A DNA stretch of 64,000 bases, taken from the NCBI RefSeq assembly GCF_009914755.1, contig NC_060937.1; one strand, 5' to 3'. Position 1 is the stretch's first letter; every line of letters begins with the position of its first letter. The notes below the pieces were generated by a model. The model did not search any database. It was not told where the DNA came from and was given only the letters and a program-made list of their open reading frames with translations. This DNA comes from the human T2T-CHM13v2.0 reference genome, Homo sapiens. Shown piece after piece: positions 12,738 through 25,185 of the stretch. The translations under genes were made by a program, and so were the position numbers.

Positions 12738-13172
12738 TGTAACATTTCAAGTCTCACAAGCAGGGGAACTGAAGCTCTTGGTCTTTCCAATGATGTTTTC
12801 ATGGAAAATAGCCAGGGAGGTTAGACATATGACGACTCCAAGGCAGAAGTCTGATTTGTTTGATGTCTAGTATAAAAGAGACAAGGTCTCCTTTCAGGAC
12901 AAAGATGGAGCTCCCAATCCCTCATAAAAGACTGGGGTTACTGAAGTTTGAGGTTCCTCAACTATTACACAGCATTTGCCTGGGTCTACCGCTGCATCAC
13001 CCCTATAGGAATTGGCGAGCAAGAGAAACCATGCTACTTGTGCCCTGAGTAATCATGTCTTTTGCCTCTGACACAGGAGTCTCTTATCTTCTTCCACCAC
13101 CTAGGAAGACGAGATGGCCAAAGGTTGTCATGACAGTAGGGTAAAACCTTGAACCTATCACAGTTCTCGACA
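12738..13172 (+). mobile_element. ERVL-class 5' LTR (MER74/MER54/MER73 group)
   Basis: TG start; 3' end CTCTGACACAGGAGTCTC...GTAGGGTAAAACC..TCACAGTTCTCGACA typical of this group; followed by PBS. Confidence 0.7.
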
Positions 13173-13177
13173 CTTTG

Positions 13178-13195
13178 TAGTGATGAGGATGGGAT
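13178..13195 (+). other. Retroviral primer-binding site, tRNA-Ser(GCT)-like
   Basis: TAGTGATGAGGATGGGAT vs expected TGGCGACGAGGATGGGAT (15/18; two differences are CpG decay), 5 nt after LTR end. Confidence 0.6.
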
Positions 13196-13715
13196 GCTAA
13201 CAGAGGTATGGCTTCCAAAGAAAAGCACAAGTGCTCCCCACAGGCCAGTTAGGGCATTTAAGAAAATTCACTGGGATCTGATAGCAAATGCTTTACATAT
13301 GGTGGGTGATGGGGGAGAGTAAGGGCTCCCACTGATGAGGGACTATCTGTTAATGAATGTTTAGAGGCTGTGTCAATAGGGATAATTGAAATAAGTTACT
13401 TGAACATAGTTTGGTTTTTGTACATTGCCCTTTGGGTGGGGGGGAAGATGGAATGTTATCATGGGGCAGCAAACCCACCCAAAAGGCAATGTGTCTGCTG
13501 CTGCTAAGTGAAGAGATACCCAAAGTAAACACAGAACTTTAGGTGCATCAAATTGAAAATCTATTTTGGGGAACTGTGAGCATCTGTCACAAAGTTTTTG
13601 AAAATAGAAGTAAATGTGCTTTGCTTAGTGTTGTAGAATTGCTGTCTCTCTCCATGCCCTGTGATCCCTCTCTTGCCCTGTACCCTGATCACACTTGCCT
13701 TAAGAAAAAAAAAAA

Positions 13716-14420
13716 TCAATATGATATTGGCTGTGAGTTTGCATTAATTGCTCTTATTATTTTGAGATATGTTCCATCGATACCTAATTTATTGAGAATT
13801 TTTAACATGAAGCAATGTTGAATTTTATAAAAGGCCTTTTCTGCATCTATTGAGATAATCATGTGGTTTTGTGTTTGGTTCTGTTTATGTGATGGATTAC
13901 ATTTGTTGATTTGCATTTGTTGAACCAGTCTTGCATCCCAGGGATGAAGCCAACTTAATTGTGGTGGGTAAGTTTTTTGATGTGCTGCTGGATTCGGTTT
14001 CCCAGTATTTTTTTAAGGATTTTCACATCGATGTTCATCAGGGATATTGGCCTGAAGTTTTCTTTTTTTTTGTTGCGTCTCTTCCCAGTTTTGGTATATC
14101 AGTATGATGCTGGCTTCATAAAATGAGTTAAGGAGGAGTCCCTCCTTTTCAATTGTATGGAATAGTTTCAGAAGGAATGGTTCTGGCTCCTCTTTGTATT
14201 TCTGGTAGAATTCAGCTGTGAATCTGAATTCACAGGGCCTACTGGGGGGTAGGGTGAGGGGAGGGAACTTAGAAGATGGGTCAATAGGTGCAGCAAATCA
14301 CCACGGCACATGTATACCTCTGTAACAAACCTGCATATGCATCCCATTTTTTATTTTTTAAGAAGAAATAAAGAAAAAATAAAAATAAAATAAAATTAGT
14401 ATACAAGGCAAAAAAAGAAA
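13716..14420 (+). mobile_element. L1PA8A-like insertion with 5' inversion
   Basis: 13716-~14225 is antisense ORF2 ([17 protein letters not shown]); ~14235-14400 is sense 3' UTR with A tail. Confidence 0.85.
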
Positions 14421-15809
14421 AAATAATAACTAGGGGTGAAGATGAGGTCTCCCAGTTCCAGTGAAGGTTGAACACCATTGCGCTTGGCTGGGTATGCTGG
14501 GGAACTGGGGTTAGGAGACTACAAAATTTTATGGCCCTATTAGATATAGGCATCAAAGTCACCATCCAATCCCATCCTGTGGGCAGAGGTTTCATGATGG
14601 ATTGTGGCCAGGGTTGGCAGGTGGTGAGGTAATATAGTGTGACTTTGTAGGTGAGGCCCCACAGGCTAATTAAATATACTGATTTTGTTGGTTTTATATG
14701 TGAATATATAATAGGAGTTGATGTGGTATAAGTTTGTACATTCCTATACCAAAACTTCCAGGGGGAAACATCATTGTAGAGGAAGAGCTGCAGGTAAAGA
14801 CATGCTAGTGGGTCAACCTTCCCATTCATTTTCTGCTGGTATGCAGGTAATACTTTAACATGAATGCCTCTACCCACTGTCCAACGTTCTCACTTTATAG
14901 TGTTCTGTATTTGGCAAGTCAGAATCCTCAGTGCCCATTGTCCTGATTAGTATTATCACAACTCTTTCAGCAGGGTTGGCTGATAAATCCTGATAAAATT
15001 GGGAGGCTTGCTTCTGCTTGCAAAGTAAAGTTCCTTGGGACTATATGAGCAGAGTCACAACTCACTGCTTACAGCAATCAAATAAAAACTGCTATCTCTC
15101 TGACCTTCACTGGAAAAAGGCCACACAATATTATTGGGTTCATTGGATATTGGAGAGAGCACACATCTCTGTGACTGATGGTTCTGTTGATGTTGATTGG
15201 AGCTCCCGAGAAAGAGAGGTAGCCAACTTACAGAGGTGCCCTTTGAGATTTTGGACTCCTTGCCTCCCTGACATGGATCTCAGGTTCATTACTATTAAAT
15301 TATTATTTTTTTTTTTTGAGAAGCATCTATTAGGTTTTCATAGGCTCTGGTCAAGATTAAATGGAGGCATTAAGAATTTCAGGTTTTATATTCACATTTA
15401 ATTTTTTGTCACCTCAGATTCTATGACTAACAGGGTAGGAAAAGCCTAAAAAGCTTTGCTTGTTAAATGCAAATGATAGATTTAGGAACACATCAAAAAG
15501 GGCACTAGCTTTAAATAAAAAAGTGACAGATACTCCTTTAAAAAAAACTTCATCTCCCACTCTGCCCCAGATGAAAAGTTTCCTGGCTTAATGGGGCACT
15601 CAAGTCATAAAATCCCTGAAATTCCTGGGCCTGATTCACTGATGTCTCAGCTAAACATAAACCTGGTGGTGCCCAACTAGGCTACCGTAGCTATTCCAAC
15701 TCAGCACCAGTTCCGCAGAACCAAAAATTAAAATGATTATGTCAGTCACTGAACAGACTAGCCAGTACTCCTCTTGATGTTGGTCAGTACTTTTAAAAAT
15801 GTTTTCCAT

Positions 15810-16785
15810 CTTTACTGAGGTAAAATTGATAAAATTGGCATATATTTAAGATGTTTAACTTGATGTTTTGATGTACACATACAATAATATGTATAAAATA
15901 AGTGCAGCAACCAAACCAATTTACATATCCATCACCTCACATATTTAACTTTTTTTGTGTGTGGTGAGAACACTCAAGGTCTACCCGCCTATCAAATTTC
16001 AAGTATACAATATAGTATTGCTAACTATAGTCACATTGCTGTAAATTAGATTTCTAGGACTTATTCACCTTACATAATGGAAATTTTATACCCCTTGACC
16101 AACATTTTCCCATTTCTCCCTCCCTACAGCCCGTGGCAACCACCATTCTAGTCTTTACTTTTATGAGTTCAACTTGTTTACATTTCATATATAGGTGAGA
16201 ACATGTAGTGTTTGCATTTATATGCCTGGTGGCTTATTTCAATTAACATACTATACTATGGGTTCATCTATATTACCTCAAATGGCAACATTTCCTTTTA
16301 TTTTTTGAGAGTTGGGCTCTCACTGTGTCATCCAGGCTAGAGTGGAGAAGTGCAATCATAGCTCATTGTAGCCTCCTCCAACTCCTGGGCTCCTGATCCT
16401 TCTGCCTCCACCTCCTGATTAGCTGGTACTACAGTTGCATGCCACCACACCAAGCTGCCTTCTTTTTTAAGGTTGAATAATATTCGATATAAATGTATAT
16501 CTCATATCCTATTTGTTCATCTGTAGATAAACATTTAGGTTGTGTCCATATCTTGGCTATTGTGAATAATACTGCAATGAACAAGGAAACACAGATATCT
16601 CTTCAAGATACTGATTTTATTTTCTTTTGCCATATACTCAGAAATGAGATTGCTGAATCACAGGTGGTTCTATTTTTAATTTCTTGAGGAAATTCCATAT
16701 TGTTTTCTATAGGGCTGTATCAATTTACATTTCTACAAAACAGCGTACAAGAGCCTCCTTTCCCCAAACTGTTGCCACCACTGAT
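15810..16785 (-). mobile_element. L1MA-type 3' end (antisense)
   Basis: CATCACCTCACAT, GTGGTGAGAACACTCAAG, CCATATCTTGGCTATTGTGAATAATACTGCAATGAAC motifs. Confidence 0.85.
16296..16455 (-). mobile_element. Alu right-arm monomer (FRAM/AluJ) nested in L1MA
   Basis: TCACTGTGTCATCCAGGCTAGAGTG..AACTCCTGGGCTC..GCCACCACACC; L1 sequence resumes after it. Confidence 0.8.
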
Positions 16786-16789
16786 TTTA

Positions 16790-17145
16790 TTTTGTCAGGT
16801 CAACTGTAGGCAGGCCTGTCCCCAGGAAGCACAGATGGATGTGGCTCCTCTCAGATGCATGGAAGATTGAGACTTTGATTGGGGAGGGCTAAGTCAGAGA
16901 AGACAGAGGAATAGGGTTGCTTCCCAGTCTGCAGCCAGGATGTTGATCAGGGATGCGGACCTGTCTTATCAAAGTGACTTTCTTCTGTCTTGGGATCCAC
17001 TGGGGGTGCGGCAACCATTTATCTGAATCATTGAATTCCCACAAAGGAATCCTTCTACAAAAATGGTTGCCAAGTTTGTGTTTCTGTGGGTGCACAAGGG
17101 CTGGGCACGTCCTACTCCTCATCTTGCTGATATCACTTCTCTTAC
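16790..17145 (-). mobile_element. L1M 5' UTR end (antisense)
   Basis: GC-richer segment ending TCCTACTCCTCATCTTGCTGATATCACTTCTC, like the reverse complement of old L1M 5' termini. Confidence 0.55.
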
Positions 17146-19109
17146 TCTGTTCTTAAGAAACAGTAGATATTAAGTTTTCTAATAATTTTTTCTCAGTCAA
17201 ATGAAAAGAAGAAAACATAAAATAATAACTGAGTGAACATCATTTATCTCAAGAAATATTTCAATGATTTCCTCTTCATGTTTTATCAAGGATCACAATA
17301 TATTTGCATTAATTTTAATCTAATCGCATGCATATATAAGAGCAAATCTTATATTACTTATTAATAAAATACAAGTGCTTTTTAAAGATTGTACTAGAGC
17401 ATGAGATCAGGAACAGAAAATATATCAGCATACACCTAAACTGCATTGTTCGACAGGGTTATGTATTTTAGTAATTCTGAAAAGTACATGTATTTCTGAT
17501 ATAAAATGGCATTATTTTATTGCAGAGAAAGAGGTTTATTTTGAGAATGAGAAACCATGAAATTCTACTATAAAGATGTATGATTTACTGTCTATTGCTT
17601 TCACAACATTCTTTACATAACAATGGTGCCGATGTTTGCTGTAGGGTACTTTAGAAGGTCAGATAAACCCAATAGCAGTAAAAATATTTCACATTCAAAA
17701 CAAATGACAAGAATAAGAATTATTTGACAGTATTTCTGAGATTAAATTTATTGCTTATGAATCAATTATTATTTTTCTTTGTTTTTGTTTAAACAACTAT
17801 CATAATAGGCTTTTATTCTATATTTTGGAATGTTTAAGTATTTATCTTTATTATCATTAATTTTAGGGTACCTTCGATAATGTGGTTGTGAATAGGTTCT
17901 TGTCACAGAACAAAATTACTCTTATGATATAATCTTTAAGAAATATAAAATGAAAATTCAAAATTATATTAAAAGTTTTCTAAAGACAAGAGGTGAAGGG
18001 TATTAACTTTTTGTTTTTTGTGGTAAGAACATTTGACATGAGCTCTACTCAATTAACAAATATGAAAAATTGATAATGTTAACTTATAAGAACAATACCC
18101 TAAGTACTGAACAGCTAAGTACTGAAAGGATAAAATGTATCTAAATACAAAGGTGCATTGACCACCTATTAATTACCACACCCTTAAGTAAGCCATAAAA
18201 CAGTGTTACAGAGAATAACACACTCTACCTACCAATACAATCTTATGATTTGGTGATGCCTTAATCTGTGTATACCTATTTAGGTGAAATATGAGTAAAA
18301 TTAATAATCTATTTTGTATGGTAGGGTGTGATGGGGATTAAAGGGAAGAATAATTATAAATGGCTGGAGACAAGTAAAATAGGGTAATACTGTAAAAGCA
18401 TCTATATAAACAAAAAATATTTAATCAAAGGAAGTAGCATCAGAAGATAAATTAGAAGAAAGCCGAGGGCAGGTATAATAGAGGTGATATTGTTAGAAAG
18501 GAACATAAAGTGTAAATGTACTGGTAAAATAATATACAACTTTAGAAACTTAATTTGGTCTACATCAAATAACCATCAACTAGGCTTATCTGCTGTTCAA
18601 ACCGTTGCTTCTAAACTTTTTGAGAAGGGGATAAAGTTTTCTCTTTCAAAATTTAAATGTACATGAATTTTTAAAAATTTACCTGTAACTTTTCATGTTA
18701 ACCAAAGAAAACTTCCAAAGGTATATTTATATTATATATCCTTATTAAAAGTTTACAAATTACAATTCTTACTCTGCCTTTTATGTGTTACAGTTTTCTA
18801 ATTTTCCTCATATTTTTGTAATTGAATGAAGCAACAGAGTGTAAGTTTTTAGGGTAACTGTGGTGAATATCAAGAAAAACTATATTTAAATGTGCATTCA
18901 ATTGAAAAGATAGTGATAAAGAAATTACTAATATTAAAATTAAGATAAAAACATAAGAGTAAAATTCAAGAAAACAACTATTTAGAATATTTGTCTCAAA
19001 AATAAATTGAAAAATAAATCTATAGATTGCCTTTTTGTCTTTACCATTAAAGATCTGTTAACTTTTCATATGTCAGAGTATGTTCTTTTTGTTTTCTTCA
19101 TCTCATTTT

Positions 19110-19600
19110 TGATTGATTTACCTATTTTTGGATATTCTTGGAATTCAGTATGTTTACATAATTTGATAATCAACTTGGTATTTACCACTCACATATACAT
19201 TTATTCACATACACATAAACAAATGAAAACACATCTACAAATTCTACTGGAAATTTGATTGGAATTGAACTGAATAATAGATCAATTTCATGATTAACTC
19301 TTTCCATTCATAGACATATTGCTTCACAGTATTTAAATTACCTTGTCTTACCTTAATAGAAAAAATAAGTTTCAATCTCAACCTCATGTCATACACAAAA
19401 ATAAAACTAAGTAAATTGCAGATATCAATGTGAAAATCAAAGTATAGAATGTTTTAAACATATAGTGTAATAACTTTTTAACTTGAGCATGGGCTAAAAT
19501 GTCTTAAATAGGACCAAAAAATGGTCTTATCCATAAAGAAAATAACCTGGATTTTATTAAAATTAAGACTTTTATTCATAACACATCAGTAAGAGTACTA
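19110..19600. mobile_element. Ancient L1M ORF2 fragments (both orientations)
   Basis: TTTGATTGGAATTGAACTGAAT (antisense) then CATACACAAAAATAAAACTAA..ATTAAAATTAAGACTTT (sense). Confidence 0.45.
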
Positions 19601-19614
19601 GCATACTTTTGAAA

Positions 19615-19757
19615 CTTAATGTGGTTCCACACATCTGGCTAAAAAAGGCAGAACTACCAGTTTATCCCAGCCGATTGTCCACCCTCAACACCATGAATTA
19701 AATAACGATTGATATTTTAGGTTTTGGAATGGTATGTTATGTAGCAAACGCTAACTT
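19615..19757 (+). mobile_element. MLT1 LTR 3' fragment
   Basis: TTTTGGAATGGTATGTTATGTAGCAAACGCTAACT, typical MLT1 3' end. Confidence 0.5.
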
Positions 19758-21999
19758 TAAAACCAAATAAAACTAAATGTCTAAGTGATATATTGAATTG
19801 CTGAGGAAAAAACATATGCCCAAATGAGTTATGAGCTGGTAGATGATTTCAGAAACCACAAGCACATAGTGTATTTTTACCCCCATGTACCCAAAATAAA
19901 GTGTATTTACAATTAATATGCATGGAAATAAAGGGATATCATTGGGTAATTTTTTTGTGTACATGATATTGTGGGAGAAAATGGGGGAATGGTACAGAAA
20001 CTTAAATAAACTACTTCTGTACTTTATTTTTTTCTATTTTATATGATTTTATAGTGCCAGGACCTGTATTTGATTTATGAGGTCCAAAAGAAAAAATAAT
20101 GTTTAAATAGGACACCATGACAATACCTCAAATATTATTGTCCAAATTCCTCACAGAAAGTTCAGGTGGGTTATTCCTTCCCCCCTGGCTAGGCTGGGAA
20201 GAACAGTTTCTGCCTATCTCCTGCAAAGTGAATTGAGACAATCTTATGAACTTGTGTATATTCAGCCTTCCTCCATGTAACTAGGGATGGATGATGGGGA
20301 AGAATTGCCCATTTTCATTTTGCAGACAGATTTATGAGTCATGCAAACCATCTCTTTAGTTCCTTATCATTCCTGAATTTAGTAAGCAGATGTTTCTATT
20401 GCTTTGTTTAATTTTTAATCACTCCATTATTTTCTGTATGATGATGTGTATGATAAGTCCATTGTCTATGATGATTCTTAGCCCATTGCTTTACCACTTG
20501 CAGTTAAATGATTCCTTGATCAAATTACATATAAGCACAAAGTCCAAATGAAAATAATATTTCTTCTCTAGACCTCTAATAGGGTTAAAGTTTTTGCTTC
20601 TGTAAGCCAATATACTAATCTAAATTCAAATGAGCCCAGGGCCTTGTGTAACACACAAGATCCTTTGCTTTTAGCCTTTAATGGTCTTATTAGTAAACAG
20701 AACAGTTGTTAGTAATATTGTGAGCCTCTGACAGAAATTGTGAAATACATTTTATTTTTCTACCCATGAGTGCATTTATTGAATGCCTACATAGTTGTTA
20801 GTCTTGTGTGCCTGTGGGACAACTTCCAAATAGTTCAGGAAGTCATCCATTTGTTGTTACCTGTCCCCTTCCTGAGTTTAAAAGTATATTTAATGGCCAT
20901 AGACATGACGTATTTGATGCTCTCTCTCCAATTCCGTAAAGTTATGTATCACATTTTATCTTTTAGTTATCTAAGCCACATTTTCCAGAATATGTAGTTA
21001 ATTTAGTGATTACTGTACAAGAATAATTAAAAACCCATACCATTATGTTATGTTATTTTCTAGTTCCTCTCATACCTCAAGACACTGTAATTTTAATTAC
21101 GCTCATTGTGCGAATGTATCTTTTCCTCAAGAGCAACCATCACCTAGATGCAAAGCATTGTTCTTCGGACTGAACGTCAGTTATCTTTGATCTACCATTG
21201 ATAAACTATGCTATTTGATATCTTCCAAGAACTGGTCATAGGAAGGAGCCCTTTGGCTATGTAGTTAAGTAAATTCTTACAGGAATCTAACATAGACCTA
21301 GGCAAAAGCCAGGGCAGCCACCAATTCATATAGTTCCTGATGCTCCAGTAGTCATCGAAGTCATAAATTCTTGAATATATAATTTCTACTAAATGAGAGA
21401 AATCTTTACATCTTCTTCTGTGTGGGACCAGAATTTGTCACAAACCAATATATGAGGGTTATTTCAACTCTTAATACAGTGTAATATTCTTCTGTAATAG
21501 AAGTTTAAATGCAAACTCAACAAGAAGTCAATAAATTCCTTTCAAACTGTGTGTTCCTTGAAGCTGTGTCAAAATCCCAGCAGTGGACTGAGGGTGACAG
21601 TTATAGGCTTTTCCAAGAGATTTCTTATAATTAGTTCCAGTTGATTTATTAATTGAAATTTTCTTATTGCCAATTCCCCTCTATGTATCTTATAATGTTT
21701 TAAATTAACAACTTGAATTGTTACAGGTAATAATAAAGGTTCTCATTTTGCATGCCATATTAAACAAGATGAAGAGTAGATTTGCACTACATCCCTTTTC
21801 CAAATAGTTTGGATATGAGAAGACTGCCTTATTCAGACATCCTATGAATTTCAATAATATATTTTGATGAGGGTGAGCAAGAATTGTACATAACTTTCCT
21901 TCATAAATTCTCCTATGAGATACACTTTCAGTTGTAAATTATCTACATTATACTACCATTAGCATAATTTATTGCATTTATATTATCTTCTAATATTTA

Positions 22000-22600
22000 T
22001 TAGATTTAGGAGTATTGTTTCTTTAGTGTATTCTACTTGGAATTATTTGGGCTTCCTGATTTGTGTTTTTCAACAGTTCTTAAAATATACTTACCCTATT
22101 ATATTTTTGAATACCACCTCGTCACACTTCTCTCTCTTTACTCCTTCCAAATATCTGATTAGATATTTAAATCCTCTTTCTCTAATCTCTGAGATTTCTA
22201 CTCACTTTTTAATAGTTTCTTTTTCACATTTTGCATCATTATGTTTGATTTCTTGTTTTATTGTCAGGTTTACAAATTTTATTTCCATTTGCAGTGAATC
22301 TCCAGTTTATCTCATATACTTAGGGGCTAATTCTCTTTCTTATGTATTTTATGTCTAGAAATATATTTGATATTGTGAAACATTTGGCTTGTTTTTTTAT
22401 AGTGTGCTGTATTATCATATTTCTGATGTTCTCTTTCATTTTTGAACATATTGTATATTTGTGTTTTATATGCAGTATCAAAAATCATTTCATCATCTGT
22501 AGTATTTGGCAGGTCGATTCTGCTCTAAGTGTTGTGATTTTTTAACATAGCAGCTTTTAAGTTTTTTTTTAATTTTAAAAAATTATGTAATGTGTTATTT
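22000..22600 (-). mobile_element. Highly diverged L1M/HAL1 ORF1-region fragment
   Basis: T-rich antisense L1-like sequence (CTTCTCTCTCTTTACTCCTTCC..GATTAGATAT). Confidence 0.35.
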
Positions 22601-25039
22601 GGTACTGCCTGAGAAAAGCCTGGGAATATATTATGTATCAAAAAATTACTTGCGTTTATCGTTGCAAATTACAGGTAGTAAATATAAATTGAAAATCCAC
22701 TTAAACTACAACTTTAGCTTGAAAACTTTAAGTCAGTCACTCAAGTAATGCAAATATAAGTTTATAATTAGGAATGTACAAAGACGTTTTTATTTTTTCT
22801 TTTCCTCCTTTCACGTGGACCTCTGGTGGAGTATTTTTCTTTCCTCATTTATCCGTGGAATATGCTAACCTTTAGAATGGTTGAATTGTGTGCCATTTAC
22901 TTGAATATTAGTCTTTGTCTGTTACCCTATGTGCCACTTTCCGTGCCATCTATGTAGCACAAACAGTGAAGTTTCAAGGACAATAGGGATCTGTAGTTAC
23001 CCCAGGTTTGGTGACCACTCATATCTCTGAACTTGTGATTAATTTTTGCTTCTGGTTTCTGAGAAGTTCCCATATATCCTTGTCAACTGGTCAGGATTTT
23101 TAGATATGTAAACATCCAATATTCAGTGTTTTTTACTGGAAGAATTTTTATACTTCTCATTCATCACATGCTAAAAACTAAGCAGTACATAGTGTCATTT
23201 CTGCAGGAAATACTTTCATAGAACAAAGTCTAGCAATAGTCTTATTATAATATATATAATTACATTATAGGACATTTTACAACAGCATATTTGTTTGAGT
23301 TGCAAACACAGTTGATAGTAAAAGACAAAACCAAGAAACTGTAAAATTAATATGTCATTTATTAAGTAATTGCATACATTGTTTGCTTACATTATGGTAT
23401 GTATCTTTCTGAATCCCGCAAATAGTAGTCAAAGTAAAATGCAAAATCTACATCTTCTTTTCTTGGAAGCTTTTTGTGATCAAAAGAAAAGTAAAACCAG
23501 TTATATCTTATTTATACCAATATTGTCTCTTCTGCATATATTCATCATAGCAGTCATCATACTCTAGTTATATGAAAGTTCTCTTCATATTTTTTAAGTC
23601 GTAAGCACCAAGCATAGTATTTGCTAGGCACATGATAGGTATGTGTTTTTTAGCTTTCTAGTTGTAAGCCTTAGAAAACAACCACATTATGAGTAAGATG
23701 TTGAGTAAGAAAGGAAAAATGTCTTAAAACTATGAAATTATACATCTTAATGATTTTTATTATATTTCCTTAGTAGCATGCTAAAATATTGAAGACTATT
23801 TAGCTTCATGTATCAAATGCATCATAAAGTATTTTAATTGCAATACTTTTAACATTCTTTACAATATTTATTAAACTAATAAATCCCTAATCTATAAAAA
23901 GTTGCCCTAGCATTTTTAGATATTGCTGATAAATTAATACTCCAAATGCTAACCCTCTACAATCCAGCTATATTAAATAAGTGTTTTCATAGGCATTTAA
24001 CATTTATTAAAATCCTTATTATAAATGAGGAAATACAAAGTCAATTTTGTTTTAGGGGATGCTTCATAGCAATATGTAATTTTTATGGTGATACTCTTTC
24101 CAGAACAAACTGAAGAAAAAAAAAGCTGCGATAAAATTGTCACTTAGATAAAGTGTTTGCAATGAGCTTTTGTGTGTTGTAGAAAACTGTTTTATATATG
24201 CCTGTCATAATGCTGTGTTTGCAGTTCAGTAAACATACAGCTTAAGCCAAATAACTGTGTCAGCAGTTGATTACAGATCAATATGTTCACAGTACTGCCG
24301 AGTGCTGAATTAAAAAGAAAAAGTTCTGTTTCAGAGACAAATAATATTGATGACTCAAGAAAACTTTTATTTAGGATATACTTCTGATGTTGTATAAAGT
24401 ATATTATGCAGCATATGATAGCTATATTCTTAAATTATTGCTTGTTCAATTAACTATTTTTTGTAAATTTTTATTTAATTGCATTATTGTAAAATATTTA
24501 TTAAAATATTTGATTGTAATACCCTTACATTTAGATATGTCCACCAAAGATGTAGGTCAAGATATATTTCTTAAAATATTACTTATAATAATCTGATTTC
24601 TTTTAACTTTAAGATATTCAATGCTAATATACATAGTATTATAGTTAAGTGAATTCACAAACTAATGTAAAATGTTTTTGTATTATACTGTAGCCTTGGG
24701 GTTTAACTATCAAAGATGTTTAAATTTTTTGTGAAAAGTGAACAGACATTTTGCAATTTTACTAATTACTGTTAATTTAATTTTGCAAGTATATTTAGAT
24801 AAATACTGTAAAGATTTAAACTTAAATAATATACCATATTAGTAATTAAATATTTTTAGTAAATAATTTACATCTATGAACATAGTTTTCTTTTACTAGT
24901 GACTTCAAAGAAAAATTTCTCTCATAACACTGGCTATTGAAATTTTCTACGATTTTATATAGCTTCCTGATTATAATAACTCAATACAATTTATACACTA
25001 TTCATTAAATTAGTTGATTCTTAAAGCAGATAAAAGACT

Positions 25040-25185
25040 TTGGAATCCTTATCATAATTTTTATGAGTAGTGAAACTTATTATGAGGTGATAAATCATTT
25101 GTATAAGGCACTGATGTTAATAGCAATGGAGGCAAGATTTGAGATGATGTCTTCTGATTCCAAAGGCTACCTGTGCTTTTTCCAA
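25040..25185 (-). mobile_element. MIR fragment
   Basis: GGAGGCAAGATTTGAG..TCTGATTCCAAAG MIR core-like motif. Confidence 0.45.

Larger units (their letters stand above)
13173..15790 (+). pseudogene. Degenerate ERV-L-class internal region (pro and pol remnants), interrupted by L1
   Basis: WVCWGTGVRRLQNFMALLDIGIKVTI (14489-14566) and EYIIGVDVV (14702-14728) resemble ERV-L protease; QRCPLRFW..LP..FEKHLL (ORF 15018-15401) resembles pol; A*FTDVSA at ~15628 resembles RNase H WFTDGSA. Confidence 0.7.

Noticed and set aside
14281-14877. 198-aa minus-strand ORF
   Set aside because: Antisense to the ERV protease remnant and runs into an L1 tail; no recognisable domain.
20650-21000. Possible second ancient ERV-L protease remnant (GSHPFVVTCPLPE)
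   Set aside because: Similarity is too weak and no catalytic DTG-like motif is visible; needs a profile search.
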